DNA of 64,000 nt, taken from assembly GCA_030390025.1 (NCBI GenBank), contig CM059433.1, positions 27,344,001 through 27,408,000 on the forward strand, read 5' to 3'. Made by a program: the position numbers and the translations under genes. Numbering within the stretch: the stretch's first letter is position 1; each line of letters opens with the position of its first letter. This DNA is from Squalus acanthias. Its lineage: Eukaryota. Below, piece after piece: positions 1-12,640 of this stretch. A model generated the notes under the pieces. The model had not been told where the DNA came from. It saw nothing but the letters and a program-made list of their open reading frames with translations, and searched no databases.

Positions 1-376
1 AGAGTTCCATATGTATGGCATTAAATCCATAGTCATTCTCAAGTAATGCAGTGTTGAGTTACATGAAGACATTGTTTTCCGTTTCTCAGTGCTTTCTGCA
101 CAATAATGAACTAGTAATGATGAAAATGATTGGAAAGTATCAAGAGAAGGTAGCTAAAAGGAATTAAATAAAAAGTCATGGAATTTAAGTGTGTAAAAAT
201 TACACCATATTGTCTAGGGCATTCTACACTGATTTCAGCATTTTATTCACACAATTATTTAGAAATTAGATTTGTTGTATTTATTTTAGTATGAAACTCC
301 TTTTGGGGGCCATCTTCAACCTTGCACAAGGATCTTTTTTGTTGCAAGTATATAAAGAAGAAAAAACACTATTTAC

Positions 377-937
377 CTTCACAAAGTTTCTGTTTCATTA
401 TTTCTCTAATTCTGGCGATACCAGTGTAGTCCTCTACATAGAACACATATGTGGATGACGGTTTATTAGCAATTGCCTGAAGTTCTGCATCTTCTATTTC
501 CTCACCAACTCCAATTGCAAACAATATAATTTTCTTTTTCCTTGCTTCCTCTGCTGAGTCCTTCACATCATCCTGGGACTTTCCATCCGTAAGTACAACT
601 GCTACTTTTGTCACGGCATTAGCAGCCCTGGTCGAGGTAGCAAACACATTGTTAACTCCAAATGTTATAGCTTTTCCTGTTCTAGTGTTTCCACCCCTAT
701 ATAAAATGGCCTCCATTGCTTTCATCAGGTCTTCATTGGACCTATATTTTTCCAATGGGATTTCTAGCAAAGGATCATCACTATATTGTACGACACCCAC
801 TTGTGTAAACGTAGTCCCTATTTCAAAACTGCTGGATATGTTGATAATCCAGTTTTTGACTATTTCAAAATTATCCGGCCCTACACTAAATGAGCCATCC
901 AAAATGAAAACTAAGTCATTTGGAGCAGTTCTGCAGC
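377..937 (-). CDS. col21a1: Collagen alpha-1(XXI), VWA-domain exon (561 nt, phase 1-1)
   Basis: Translation CRTAPNDLVFILDGSFSVGPDNFEIVK...VLTDGKSQDDVKD...IANKPSSTYVFYVEDY...MKQKLCE matches my recollection of the COL21A1 VWA domain, with MIDAS DxSxS. Acceptor is a pyrimidine tract plus TAG at 940-938; donor GTAAAT starts at 376. Confidence 0.93.
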
Positions 938-1886
938 CTAGAAGAAAATAGAAAAGAAAAATGTTATTACACAAAGAAATAATAGCATATTATTCACTAT
1001 GGAGTTAACAATATTATTTTTATGCTACAATTTTTCTGGAAATTTTAAAGAATCTGAATATTAAAAAGGTCTATATTTAACATTGCACCTATCTGTTTGG
1101 TGCTCCCACCTCATGGATAGTTGGGAATTTCTGACTTGCAAGCCACAAACTTCTTGGGTTTTGTTTTTAAGTAAATCACATGCTCGTGCTTCTCACAGAG
1201 TAATAAGCATTTCAGTAATACCAAATATGGAGGCCCACAGATCTAAATCCAGTTTACAAAGAACACAGTTTTCAAACTTTTATAAAATGTTTAATAAATT
1301 AAATGATAAAAGATTCAGTCAGTTTGATTTTTCTTAGCCAATCATGGTAGTGTACCTTAGTAAGGTTCTTCACACAGGCTCCATCTTCCACCTGATGGAT
1401 GAGAAACCTACACCTACCTTACCCTCCTGCCTGATGGAACCAAATAAAGTTCCCATATGACCCACTGTAGAAGACTAGTGAGACCACTCTGGATATAAAG
1501 AACATTTTTCTGATTTGTCACTATAGTCCCTGCACACGTTTACATATAAGCATATGATATCACATAGCTTTGCCATCCACCATTTCAACATGGAGTCTGA
1601 CTGTTGATTTATGCTTGAGACTTTCTTCCAAATAACAATAGCAGCAATTATAGTGCCTGGTAGCCCTTTAATTAATTTATCCTAAACATTTTTGACTTAA
1701 TACAAGAAAAGGTCATAATGATACCATCTTTTCTCATAAAATGTGACTTAATATAGGTCTTTATAATTATGAATTGGAGCACGTTGCAGGACCCGCCACC
1801 AGCTGGTGAAAGAGCGCCCGCCGCCCTCTTAACGCAACCTTTTGCCGAAAACAGGCGGCGTTAAGCCCCCAAATTTTTAGCCCATT

Positions 1887-2001
1887 GGCCCTTAATTTCC
1901 TCAGATTTTCTGCTACTGCACCACTGTAAACAGGGTTTCCGCCGCACTTCCGGTAAAGTCACAGTGGCGTGGCAGCAAAAGATCTGAGGAAATTAAGGGT
2001 C
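1887..2001. mobile_element. 115-bp fold-back MITE (PIF/Harbinger-type)
   Basis: TIRs ggcccttaatttcctcagat / atctgaggaaattaagggtc (20 bp, 1 mismatch); 3-bp TSD ATT on both sides. Confidence 0.7.
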
Positions 2002-2717
2002 ATTTTATTTGTTTGTTTTTCTATAGTTTGTGTATTAATGTTCATTAGTAGGAAGTGTGCAAGTACCGGGAAATTAAATGGTGTAGATTTTTCTGTTCCT
2101 GCACTTGGGAGTATTGTAAGACCTGGACACAGCCCAGAAACAGAAAGTAAAGGAACCTGCCCAATTTTCCTTCTATTTAAATGAATATTTGGTGGGCTCC
2201 ATTAGAGGCATACACTCCTTTCCACTGAATTTTCCTGTATTCACTGCACCTAGGAACAGGAAAATCTGCTTCACAATATTTCTATAAACATAACATGGGC
2301 CACATTTAATGTTGCTCAACAGAAAGTGTGCTCCTGAGTCAGATTACTGTAATGTTCCTTTTGTCACTGTTTATCCCTGTGGATTTACTGAATGAGATTT
2401 GTCAGATTAATACCAGTTGCGTTAAATTCTAACCTTTTCCTGTAGAGTTATGACTATTGAGAATTTGCTTGAGATAGCCAACAAAAATTCCAATCTGCTG
2501 TTCCTTGGCATGCTGTGCAAGCACATATCGCGAAATTGCGCACTCCCAGCTTAGAATTTTCTGTTCAGTTGGACAGAAAATCAAGGGCTCAGAGTGCAAT
2601 CCTATCCCATTGTTCTGTCTGAATTTGAACTTGGTCACAAAGATGAAAAAGGCACTTTTGTAATTCATCATTACACCTAGTGCCAAATAATCATCTTTAT
2701 TGTACCAAGTTGCAAAT

Positions 2718-2899
2718 AAAACAAAACTCTGCTGGAAATACACAGCAGGCCTGCCACCATCTAAAAAGAGGAAAGACAGGATACTATTTCAGGTCTGAAC
2801 TTTTTATGGTGACGATGGATCCACACCTGAAACGCTAACCTATCTTTCTCTTTCCAGGTGCTGATTTATTTGTTGTGTATTTCCACTTTTTTCTGTTTT
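2718..2899. mobile_element. Decayed palindromic repeat, probably Penelope-derived
   Basis: Imperfect inverted arms (tggaaatacacagca/tgttgtgtatttcca; tttcaggt/acctgaaa) and a degenerate tgacga...gaaac motif. Confidence 0.45.
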
Positions 2900-3279
2900 C
2901 AGTTCAGATTTCCAATATTTGCAAGGTTTTTCTTTTTAAATAAACAATGTTTGCAGCTTACAATTAAAAATCTATCCAAATCAGATAATTGTCTTTCCAT
3001 AAGAGTTCATGAAGCTTGCAGAGAGGGTGGTCCAGGCTTGTGTGATGGTCACATAAGTTGCTTACAAACAAATATTTCCTCCCCCTCTTTCAACACAATG
3101 CCAAATAAAATGAGGTTTATACTAAATCTGGTCTAGACTTTCTATCTCCAAAGGCTGCTAAACGCTGTACCTGGGCACAAAGTAGAAAAACGTTCTATTG
3201 CCGAGCAGTGTCATTCATCAACTTGACGAGCTAAATACCATAACAAATTAAAAATTAAAAGAAAGTACTAGTTCCTTAC

Positions 3280-3379
3280 TAGATCTTACGTCATCATCCA
3301 AAGCTGCACTGAATTCTTGGAACAGCAGCAACAGAAAACTGTGTAGGACAAGTTTCATGGCTTTTATATTTAGTTCCAT
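3280..3379 (-). CDS. col21a1: col21a1 first coding exon (signal peptide); whole exon 3280-3422 including 5' UTR
   Basis: Translates MELNIKAMKLVLHSFLLLLFQEFSAALDDDVRS-S with a hydrophobic core. Donor GTAAGG at 3279. The phase-1 join gives VRSSCRTAP, as recalled for COL21A1. Acceptor ttttcttcatttcag ends at 3423. Confidence 0.88.
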
Positions 3380-4664
3380 GTCATATGCTTTTGGAAGCAG
3401 CTGCCCAAGTACACACCACAAACTGAAATGAAGAAAAATGACAAATACTGATCAGCTTATATTCACAGAAAGTAGAATAATACATGTTCTTATTAATCAA
3501 AAACACTTCTTGTAATCTTTCAAAACTCCTCTGAGCTTTCTAATATTATATTTGCCAGTGAAACTGGAAGAAATTCAAAACACAAAGAATTCTTGATGCA
3601 CACAACTAGCAAGTCCTACAGATATTTCTAGAGAAAATTCCTTGTTCATGAAGAAAATATGAACTAATACTTCTAGATAATACAGTTCAGACCTTTTATC
3701 AAGCTCAACGGGATTACCAATCACTAAGTCACACCTGACAAATCATGTGAGCCAGTTTCCTTTGAGAGAAGGTCGTACTATATATATATTTTTAATGGTT
3801 ATTGGAAAACCTATAATTCAACACCAAAAAGAGTAGGGTGCCATCCAGGCGAAAAAGAGTAAAACAGATGAGGTAAATTCCACCTGCCCCTCCGTATTCG
3901 CCCCAGCCCCAACCCATCTTTAAAGATCAGGATACATTACATATGCACAGCAGGAGCACGACAGGATTCACAACACCAAAGGAATGCCTGCCAGTGCAAA
4001 GTTGGAGATTCCATGCGGTGCTGCCGCCGCGATGTTTCTGAAGCACCAGAGGATTTTGATCTTAACGGGGCAAACGTGCCCCAAAATTTACAGGAAGCAT
4101 CCCTCTGAAGGCTTCAGCTGAGATTGGAGCCATCAGGAGAGAGAGGAGGCCACAAAAGGCCCTATCGCTCCATGGGGGGCGGGGGGCGGGGCACCTTAGG
4201 GCTGTTACCGCCGTTTTCTGGGACTTTGCCCATGGAGCCATAGTGCTCCTCCTGGCTCCAAGGCACACCAGCCGGTCGCGATTGACCCCCTTCCCGCTGA
4301 CCTCCCCACCGTCTCCCCGGCACTTACCTGAGGGCTGCTGCCAGTGAGGCAAACGGCCTGAAATTAATTTTTGGAGATGAGCGAGCTGCCTGTGGAGGCT
4401 CGATGGGTGCTGGCAGCATGCCCAAATTATTGAAATAAAGCCTGAGGCCCAATTTCAGGCCTGCCTCACGCCTCTGCCTGCACAGCGCTGATTCTGAGCC
4501 TGACAAGAGACCCAGAATTTTTTTTACCCCTAGGTTTTTGCATGATAACATCACTAACAATAATTTCTACCTTGGTTCCAGTTAAGAATCAGTTAAAATG
4601 ATTTTCCTGGCTGCATATATTACCTTCCCATGTGGAAGTATACTCAAAAGAAAAACAAGATGCC

Positions 4665-5090
4665 AGACTTGGCTCAGTCGTTGCACGCTTGCCTCTGAGC
4701 CAGAAGGTTGTGGTTTCAAGCGCCACTCAGACATGCGCACATAATCTAGGCTGACACTTCAGTGAAGTACTAAGAAATGCTGCACTGTCAGTAATGCTAT
4801 CTTTTGGGTAAAGCGTTAAACCAAGGCACTGTCTGCTCTCTCAGGTAGATGTAATCAAAGAAAAGCAGTGGTCTTTTCCCTGTGTGCTGACTAGCATTTA
4901 TCCCTCAACCCAACACCACTAAAAAAACAGAAAATTTATCTCATTGCTGTTTGTGGGACCGTGCTGTCGGCAAATTGGCTGCTATACTTTCCTACATTAC
5001 AACAGTGATTACACTTCAAAAGTACTTCATTGGTTGTGATGCGTGTTGGGATGTCCTAATGTTGTGAAAGGTGCTATAGAAATGCAAGTT
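4665..5090 (+). mobile_element. tRNA-derived SINE, DeuSINE/SacSINE1-like
   Basis: A/B-box-like head (tggctcagtcg...gtttcaagc), Deu-like core (gttaaaccaaggc...ctctcaggtagatgtaa) and L2-like tail (gctatagaaatgcaagttg). Confidence 0.6.
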
Positions 5091-5745
5091 GTTTAGTTCT
5101 ATAGGCCTCAGAATTCCTGGGTCCTTGATGTGCAGATCATGGCTGATCTGTACCTCAACTCCATTTACCCACCTTAGCTCCACATCCCTTGATATTCTTA
5201 CCCAAAAAAAATCTATTTATCTCAGTCTTGACAGCTCTAATTTTCCCAACATCAACTGCATTTTCAGAGAATTCCAGATGCCTACAAGTTTGTGTGTGAA
5301 AAAGTGCTTCATTTCCCTCCGAAATGACCTAGCTCTAACTTTGAAATTATGTCCCCTCGTTCTTGATTCCCCAGCAAAAGGGGAATAGTGTATCTACCTT
5401 AGCGAATTCTTTTAACATTTTAAATACCTCGATCAGATCACCCCTCAATCTTCTATACTCAAGAGAATGCAAGCCGGGTTTATGTAACCTGTCCTCATAA
5501 TTTAACCCTATAAACCCCAGTATCATACCTTTCGCTGGTTCCCTTTAAACAACTACTTCCACCTTAAGAACATAAGAAATAGGAGGAGTAGGCAAACTTG
5601 GCGCTTGAGCCTGGCCCTGCGCCATTCAATAAGATCATGGCTGATCTTGTACCTCAACAACACCTTCCCACACTATCCCCATATCCCTTGATTCCCTTAG
5701 TATCCAAAATCCTATCGATCTCTGTCTTGAATATACTCATCTTGA
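5090..5745 (-). mobile_element. Degraded CR1 LINE 3' fragments
   Basis: Similar to the 3' ends of the CR1 copies in this window; aagaacataagaaataggag tail at ~5567. Confidence 0.6.
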
Positions 5746-6239
5746 TGAGCAGGTCCCGACAGGCAGATGTCACCAAATTTAGGACAGATGAGTCATCCTG
5801 CCCTAACTCCATGATTTAAATATGTCTGCCATTAAGAGGATGGGTGCTTCTTCAGCCTGCCCTGGAAATTGCTGATATTTACATTAGGGTACTTCTGGGG
5901 TGGAACCTTGGCAAAAATATTTATAAACTAGCAGATCTCGTGTGGCATTGCTTATGGTGAGTCAGAAGATACACCTTTTCTCAATTTCTCTATCATTCTT
6001 TCTGTAAGTTTCTCTATTCTTTGTCTCTCCTTTCCACCGTATTCCCTCTTTTCTGTATGTTGTCAGATGTCCGCATTGCTTGTCACACATGCTACTTTAC
6101 TAATGTATCAGATTTCTGTATTACCTTTGTTAAAGTCTTGGATATACAACGAATTAATAGCCAACTTGTATTGTATCAGAGGTAGATATTGTAATTAGGT
6201 ATGGACAGGCTATCTGAAAGTTGGTGTAAAATATGACGG

Positions 6240-6487
6240 TGTGGCGGATCGCCACCTAAACGGGCATGTTCCACTTTTCTGTCCGTGGACAATATATCGA
6301 GCACCTTGCCTTTAAGGCACCTTGCCTTTAAGGCAGGAGAGAAGAAGTGGGCGGGGCCTCAGGGTTTTTCCAGAGAATTCTGGGAGCAGTCTGTTCAGCC
6401 ATTTTGGACCATGCAGTTGTATTAAAAAGTCTCTGTTTTTCCACACATGGATTCAGTCTTAATTTGTGTTTCGCGGCAGCCTCAACA
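6240..6487 (+). repeat. 5' LTR (248 bp)
   Basis: Direct repeat of the 3' LTR with 4 differences by eye; contains a 16-bp tandem duplication gcaccttgcctttaag. Confidence 0.92.
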
Positions 6488-6488
6488 T

Positions 6489-6502
6489 TGGTGACCCCGA
6501 CG
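6489..6502 (+). promoter_or_regulatory. Primer-binding site for tRNA-Trp
   Basis: TGGTGACCCCGACG immediately after the LTR, matching the start of the tRNA-Trp PBS known from avian leukosis/sarcoma viruses. Confidence 0.85.
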
Positions 6503-6527
6503 CTCAGAACGTATTCCGAGCACTGCA

Positions 6528-9500
6528 ATGGCAGACACGAACGCAGTTTCCGTGAAACTGCCGGAGTTTTGGGAAAACCAGCCCGAAGCCTGGTTTCTCC
6601 AAACTGAATCCCGCTTCCGGCTGCGAAACATCACCACAGATGGGACGCAGTACGACTACCTCATCACATCACTCGGTAGCGCCACAGTTTCGAAGGTTTG
6701 GACAACGCTGCAGAACCCACCAGAGGAAGGCAAGTATGCACATCTCAAGGCAGCGCTCCTTAAAAAATTTACGGCCTCGGCATATCAGCGAAACTGCCAC
6801 CTCCTCGACCTTCCAGGCCTCGGTGATGCCTCACCGTCAGACCTCCTCTCCCACATGCTCTCCCTCACCGACGAGAGCCCACCCGGATCCCTCTTCCGCA
6901 CGCTGTTCATCCGCCAGCTCCCTCTCAGCATCCGCCCAGCGATCGTGGCGCCCGGCCTCACGAACCTGGAAGCCCTGGCCGATGAGGCCGACAAGCTGAT
7001 GTCCGCTCACTCCAGCCGCGACGTCACTCCGGACCTGGCAGCCAATGCCTGGGCGCGCCCCTCACCGGCCACCACGCGGCCACAAGGACCAGCCACCAGG
7101 CACACGGGGCCTTCGCGCCCCACTAACCTGGGCCACTGTTACTACCACGCACGGTTCGGCGCCAGGGCACAACGGTGCACACCTCCCTGCTCTTTCAAGT
7201 CCGCCCCCGTACCAGCCCCCGCGATGGCCGTGGGCCACGCGGGCTCCCTGCTGTACATCACGGATGACAAAACCGACCGCCGGTTCCTGTGTGACACTGG
7301 GGCTCAGCACAGCATCATCCCGGCCTCCTCCCTCGACATCCAAAAGGGCGAACGAGGACCGGCGCTGGCTGCTGCTAACGGCTCGGAAATCCGGACGTAT
7401 GGCACCCAGACAGTCACCCTCGACCTCGCTGGTCGCCGCTACCGATGGGAGTTCATCACTGCCAAGGTGCTCTCCCCTCTCATCGGCGCAGATTTCCTGT
7501 GCGCCCATGGCCTACTGGTAGACATCCCTCGTCACCGCCTCGTGGACATGAACACCATGTCCCCCATCCTGGGCGCCATGGCCCCCGTCAACCCGCCGAC
7601 ATGGCGTCACAGTGCCACGCCCGGGCCACGGATGACTACTCGGCAATCCTGGCCGAATTCCCGGCCCTTACCAATCCGACCTTCTCCGCGGAGGCCGCCA
7701 AACATGGGGTGGAACACTTCATCCCCACCACAGGCCCCCCAGTGTACCCCCACGCCCGCAGGCTGGACCCGGCCAAACTGGAGAACGTGCGGACCGAGTT
7801 TGCCACCATGGAACAGCTCGGCATCATCCACCGCTCCAACAGTCCCTGGGCCTCCCCACTCCACATCACCCCCAAACCAGGCGGAGGTTGGCGCCCCTGC
7901 GGGGATTACCGCCGCCTCAACGACGCCACCACCCCTGATCGGTACCCCGTGCCGCACATTCAGGACTTCTCGGCTAGGCTGGCCGGCCGCTCAGTCTTTT
8001 CCAAGGTCGACCTGGGGCGCGGATACCACCAAGTCCCCGTCCACCCCGCGGACGTCCCCAAGACGGCCGTAATCACCCCCTTCAGGCCTGTTCGAGTTCC
8101 TGCGGATGCCCTTCGGCCTCAAAAACGCGGCCCAGGCATTCCAACGGCTCATGGACTCGGTCCTTCGGGACCTGAAGTTCCTGTTTGTCTACCTGGACGA
8201 CATCCTGGTAGCCAGTTCCTCCAAGCAGGAACACCTCGAACACCTTCGCATCCTGTTCGGGCGCCTCAGCGACCACGGGCTCATCCTCAGCCCAGCCAAA
8301 TGCCAGTTCAGCCTGGACAAGATCGACTTCCTCGGCCACCACATCACCCATGCTGGGGCCATTCCCCTGCCCACCAAGGTGCAGGCCGTCCAACAATTTC
8401 CCCGCCCCACCACCATCAAAGGCCTCCAGGAGTTCCTCAGGATGGTGAATTTCTATAACCGCTTCATCCCCAAAGTAGCGTCCCTCATGAGGCCCCTGTA
8501 TGAAGCCCTCCGGGGCAGGAGCGGCAAGATGGCGGTCGAATGGACGGCAGACGCGTCCGCCACCTTCGACTCCACCAAGACCACGCTCGCCAACGCCACC
8601 CTGCTCGCGCACCCACGGCCCAATGCCAGGGTATCGCTCACCACGGACGCCTCCGACCACGCGTCGGCGCCGTGTATGAGCAGTGGGTCGACGGCGCCTG
8701 GCAACCACTTGCCTTCTTCAGGCCGCCAACTACGCCCCCCGGAGGTCAAGTACAGCACCTTCGACCGCGAGCTCCTCGCGCTGTTCCTGGCGGTCCGCCA
8801 TCTTCGGTTTTTGCTTGAGGGCCACCCCTTCACTGCGTTTGTCGACCACAAGCCCCTGACATTCGCAATGGCAAAGACAACCGACCCCTGGTCCGCCAGG
8901 CAGCAGCGCCAGCTCGCGGCAGTTCACCACGAACATCCAACACGTCTCCGGCCGAGACAATGTGGTAGCCGACTGCCTCTCCCGCCCCGCCATCCATGCC
9001 GCACACCTGGCAGTCGACTACGCTCAACTCGCAGCAGACCAGATCACCGACCCTGATCTGCTCTCCGCACCTACCAACCTACCAGGGCTACGCCTGGCCG
9101 ACGTCACCTGTGGCCCGACCGCAGTCACGGTCAAGTGCGACATATCCCTCTGTCAACCTCGGCCCGTCGTCCCAGCGTCCTGGCGCCGCCGGGTATTCGA
9201 CATTCTCCACAACCTCTCCCACCCCGGCGCCCGCGCATCCATCAAATTGGTAGCCAACCGCTTTGTCTGGCGCGGCCTTCGCAAGGATGTGCGTACTTGG
9301 GCCAACTCCTGCCTAGCCTGCCAACGGGCCAAGGTACAGCAACACACGAAAGCACCCCTCGAGGAGTTTACCGTCCCCTCGCGGAGATTCGACCACATCC
9401 ACGTGGACATTGTCGGGCCCCTGCCGCCGTCGCAAGGCCACACGCACTTGCTGACGATCGTTGACCGCACCACGCGCTGGCCCGAGGCAATTCCACTGAC

Positions 9501-10286
9501 CTCTACCACCACCGCCGACATCGCCAGTGCCTTCGTCAGCACCTGACGTCGGACAGAGGTCCGCAATTTACCTCTGAACTCTGGACCGCCGTCGCACGCA
9601 ATCTCGGGGTGACCATTCACCGCACCACAGCGTACCACCCCCAAGCCAACGGACTGTGTGAGCGGTTCCACAGATCCTTGAAGGCATCTCTTCGAGCCAG
9701 CCTCCAGGACGGTGCCCGGAACGACCGACTTCCGTGGGTCCTCCTCGGCCTGCGCACTGCGGTTAAAGAAGACCTCCACGCATCGGCAGCAGAGCTCGTG
9801 TACGGTCAGCCGCTGCGTGTACCCGGCGAGTTCCTGCCCACCGCCACGACACCCTGGTCAGCCGACCAGCAACGCCACGACTTCGCCTCACCGGCGCTGC
9901 AGTTCGCCCCGGTGCCCATTGCCCGACACGGCGAATCCACCTCACACGTCCCACTAAGCCTGCACCAGGCACGGTTCGTTTTTGTCCGGCACGACGCCCA
10001 CCGCGGACCCCTTCAACCCCCGTACGACGGGCCCTACAAGGTGCTATAGGCTGGGGACAAATTTTTCACCCTGCAAGTGGGCGACAGGACCGAAAAAGTG
10101 TCGGTTGACCGACTCAAGCCAGCACACTCGGAGCCTGGTGAGCAGGTCCCTGTAGCTCGTCCACCACCACGCGGCCGACCTGCCCTCAAGCCGGTTCACC
10201 CGGCGGTTCCACGTCCACCGCCGTCCTACAAGAGCCGCTCCGGCCGGCCCTTCAGACCGCCGCACCGTCTCGTCCACACCTGCTAA
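6528..10286 (+). pseudogene. Disrupted gag-pol polyprotein
   Basis: Gag KLPEFW and CHCC knuckle CYYHARFGARAQRCTPPC; protease DTGA; RT YLDD; RNase H TDAS; integrase HNLSH...CLAC, DIVGP, ERFH and GPY. Several frameshifts, a deletion near 9545 and a TAG at 10047. Confidence 0.9.
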
Positions 10287-10395
10287 GCGGATTCTGGGGG
10301 GAGCTGTGTGGCGGATCGCCACCTAAACGGGCATTTCCACTTTTCTGTCCGTGGACAATATATCGAGCACCTTGCCTTTAAGGCACCTTGCCTTT

Positions 10396-10738
10396 GACAT
10401 CATGGCCGGTCTTCCCAGGTGTTTTTTTTTTTTTTTTTTAAAAACACAAGAACACAAATTGACAGGATATGCAGCCAGCAGGTGGTTTGACACGCTGGAC
10501 CCCCTGGGACACATCTCATTGTCTTGGCTGTGCTCTTTGTTGTAGCGAATAATGTGAATAGATTTTGTCTGGGTTTAAATTGTGAATTCTGGGAGATTCT
10601 CTCATTGCTAACTTACCTGACGAAGGAGCGATAGCTCCGAAAGCTTGTAAAATTAAATAAATCTGTTGGACTATAACCTGGTGTTGTGCGACTTCTCATT
10701 TTTGTCCACCCCAGTCCAACGCCGGCATCTCCACATCA
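10396..10738 (+). mobile_element. Penelope-like (pLTR) fragment inserted in the Gypsy 3' LTR
   Basis: Absent from the 5' LTR; 7-bp TSD tgccttt (10389-10395, 10739-10745); 3' part shared with the copies at 15450 and 39232. Confidence 0.75.
10613..10650 (+). ncRNA. Minimal type I hammerhead ribozyme motif
   Basis: ttac-CTGACGA-a-ggagc-gata-gctcc-GAAA-gctt-gtaa: helix I ttac/gtaa, 5-bp helix II, and palindromic AAGCTT in place of helix III. Confidence 0.75.
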
Positions 10739-12640
10739 TGCCTTTAAGGCAGGAGAGAAGAAGTGGGCGGGGCCTCAGGATTTTTCCAGAGAATTCTGGG
10801 AGCAGTCTGTTCAGCCATTTTGGACCATGCAGTTGTATTAAAAAGTCTCTGTTTTTCCACACATGGATTCAGTCTTAATTCGTGTTTCGCGACAGCCTCA
10901 ACAACGGTGAAACTAGAGCACAGAGGCTGAATATGGGCACTTCAATCTAGGGTTGGCTTATGGGATAGGGTGGGTAGAGGCAGATGGGGACTTGAAGGCA
11001 GTTGGTGGCCTGTGGCTCAGCTTAAGAATTGGGAGCAGAATGGAGGGACGTGCTGTCTGAGACCTGGCAACATTTGAGAAAGGGATTGAAATCCAGTAGA
11101 ATTGTGGGAGGGGTAGACTGGGATCAGGTAGTATTGGAGGTGGACGAGTCGGTTTGTGTCCAGGCAGATTGAATGATGGCTGGGCTGTGGCTGCGCAGGT
11201 CATATAGAGAAACCCATCCTTCCATATACATTTCTCCCCCTACATGCTTTGTCATATTTACAGTTCCATAAGTAGACCAAGGTCCTAATTTTCTTCAGGG
11301 ATTCTTCTGATCGCCTGCCATAACTTTGGAAGCACTAACAGGGGGTCCTGGAGTTTGGCAGTGTAGGTGAAGAATTACAGGGTTTGGCAGCACAGGGGGA
11401 AGGGAGGGAGGGGGGCGTTCTATAGTTTGGCATAACTATGGAAGGGAAACTTGGAGTTTGGCAGAATTATGGAAGGAGAACGTCTGGTTTGGTAGAACTG
11501 GGGGTTTGGCTGACTGATGGATTCCTGGAGTCTGACAGCATTGAGGAGACAGAACACAAGCCTGACAGCACTGGAGGGGAAGTCCCTGGCCTGGCAGCAC
11601 TAATTTTCTAAGATTTCTCTCTCACTCACACTGCCGTGACTAATTAGAATTAATTTCTTAACAATCATCAAAACACAGCTGATGATAAACAAAGCCTTTT
11701 GGATTGCCTAAGAATCTATCAAAATTAATTTCATTTTTATTGGGTGGTAATGAAAAAAATCCAAATTCAGAAAAAATTCTGTCCGTCTCTGTCTCAGCTT
11801 GATGCACTTTCTGAAATAAATAATCAATAGTTTTTATTTAAAAGTTTAGTTGAAAACCTACTCAAATCCACTGATTAGTCTATATTCAAATCAATTTTAA
11901 AACCTACAAACTGTCTCTGTTATGCTCAGACACAATTTGCATTTTCCACTGTTTATAATTTGAGCATATACAAAAGCTACTGTAGGTGAGTAATCAGCAT
12001 TGTCTATCACATTTCTCTCTCTCTGTCTCCCCTCACACATACAGACAGAATCTGCTTTAAAAAAACTCAAAAGAAACTTTACCTGAATAACGATTTTGAA
12101 CTTTGTCCACTAGTTTTTCTTCAAATTATTTTGAAAAATAACTACAGATGCTGTTATAGACTGAAAAGAAGTACTATTACCATTGGACTAACTAAATGTT
12201 ACTGATCCATCCTTGGAAAATGTCTGCCTTAAGCGCTGAGTGTAAATATCAAGTCCAGACTTTTAGGAGAGGCTAGGACCTTCAATAAAAACAATAATTA
12301 AGGTACTCAAAGACACAAAAAAACTTTATAGTAAAATTTAATTATGTTATTGTAAAATATGTAAATTTTTATGTTACAACACTGATGTTTAAAATGAGAA
12401 ATGTCAGTTATGGAGAAAATAAATGTTAGACAAAATTATTTTCATTGGTACATTCTCCTGACTGGTCATTCAGGATTGATTTCTAGCCATTTTCCTCACT
12501 TCTGTTTCCTACATTCCCTACATTCCCTATCCCTTCAGTTTTGATTTGCAGCTATTTTACTCTGCACCAATCAACAAATTGTGACAGTAAGAGTGTGATA
12601 TTACAAGAAGTAAGTGTTATACAACAGGACAAGATCTAAT

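Larger units (their letters stand above)
6240..10903 (+). mobile_element. Ty3/Gypsy LTR retrotransposon, CsRN1/Kabuki-like, complete provirus
   Basis: TG...CA LTRs at 6240-6487 and 10307-10903 (the 3' LTR carries an insertion); 4-bp TSD ACGG (6236-6239, 10904-10907); PBS; PPT ggggggag at 10296-10303; gag-PR-RT-RH-IN order. Confidence 0.95.

Noticed and set aside
369..974. ORF as a stand-alone 201-aa protein, or as matrilin/COL22A1
   Set aside because: The N-terminal residues are the intron's polypyrimidine tract; the sequence and upstream exon fit COL21A1 best.
7045..9972. Many overlapping alternative-frame and antisense ORFs
   Set aside because: Expected by-product of high GC content in the Gypsy interior; no recognisable domains.
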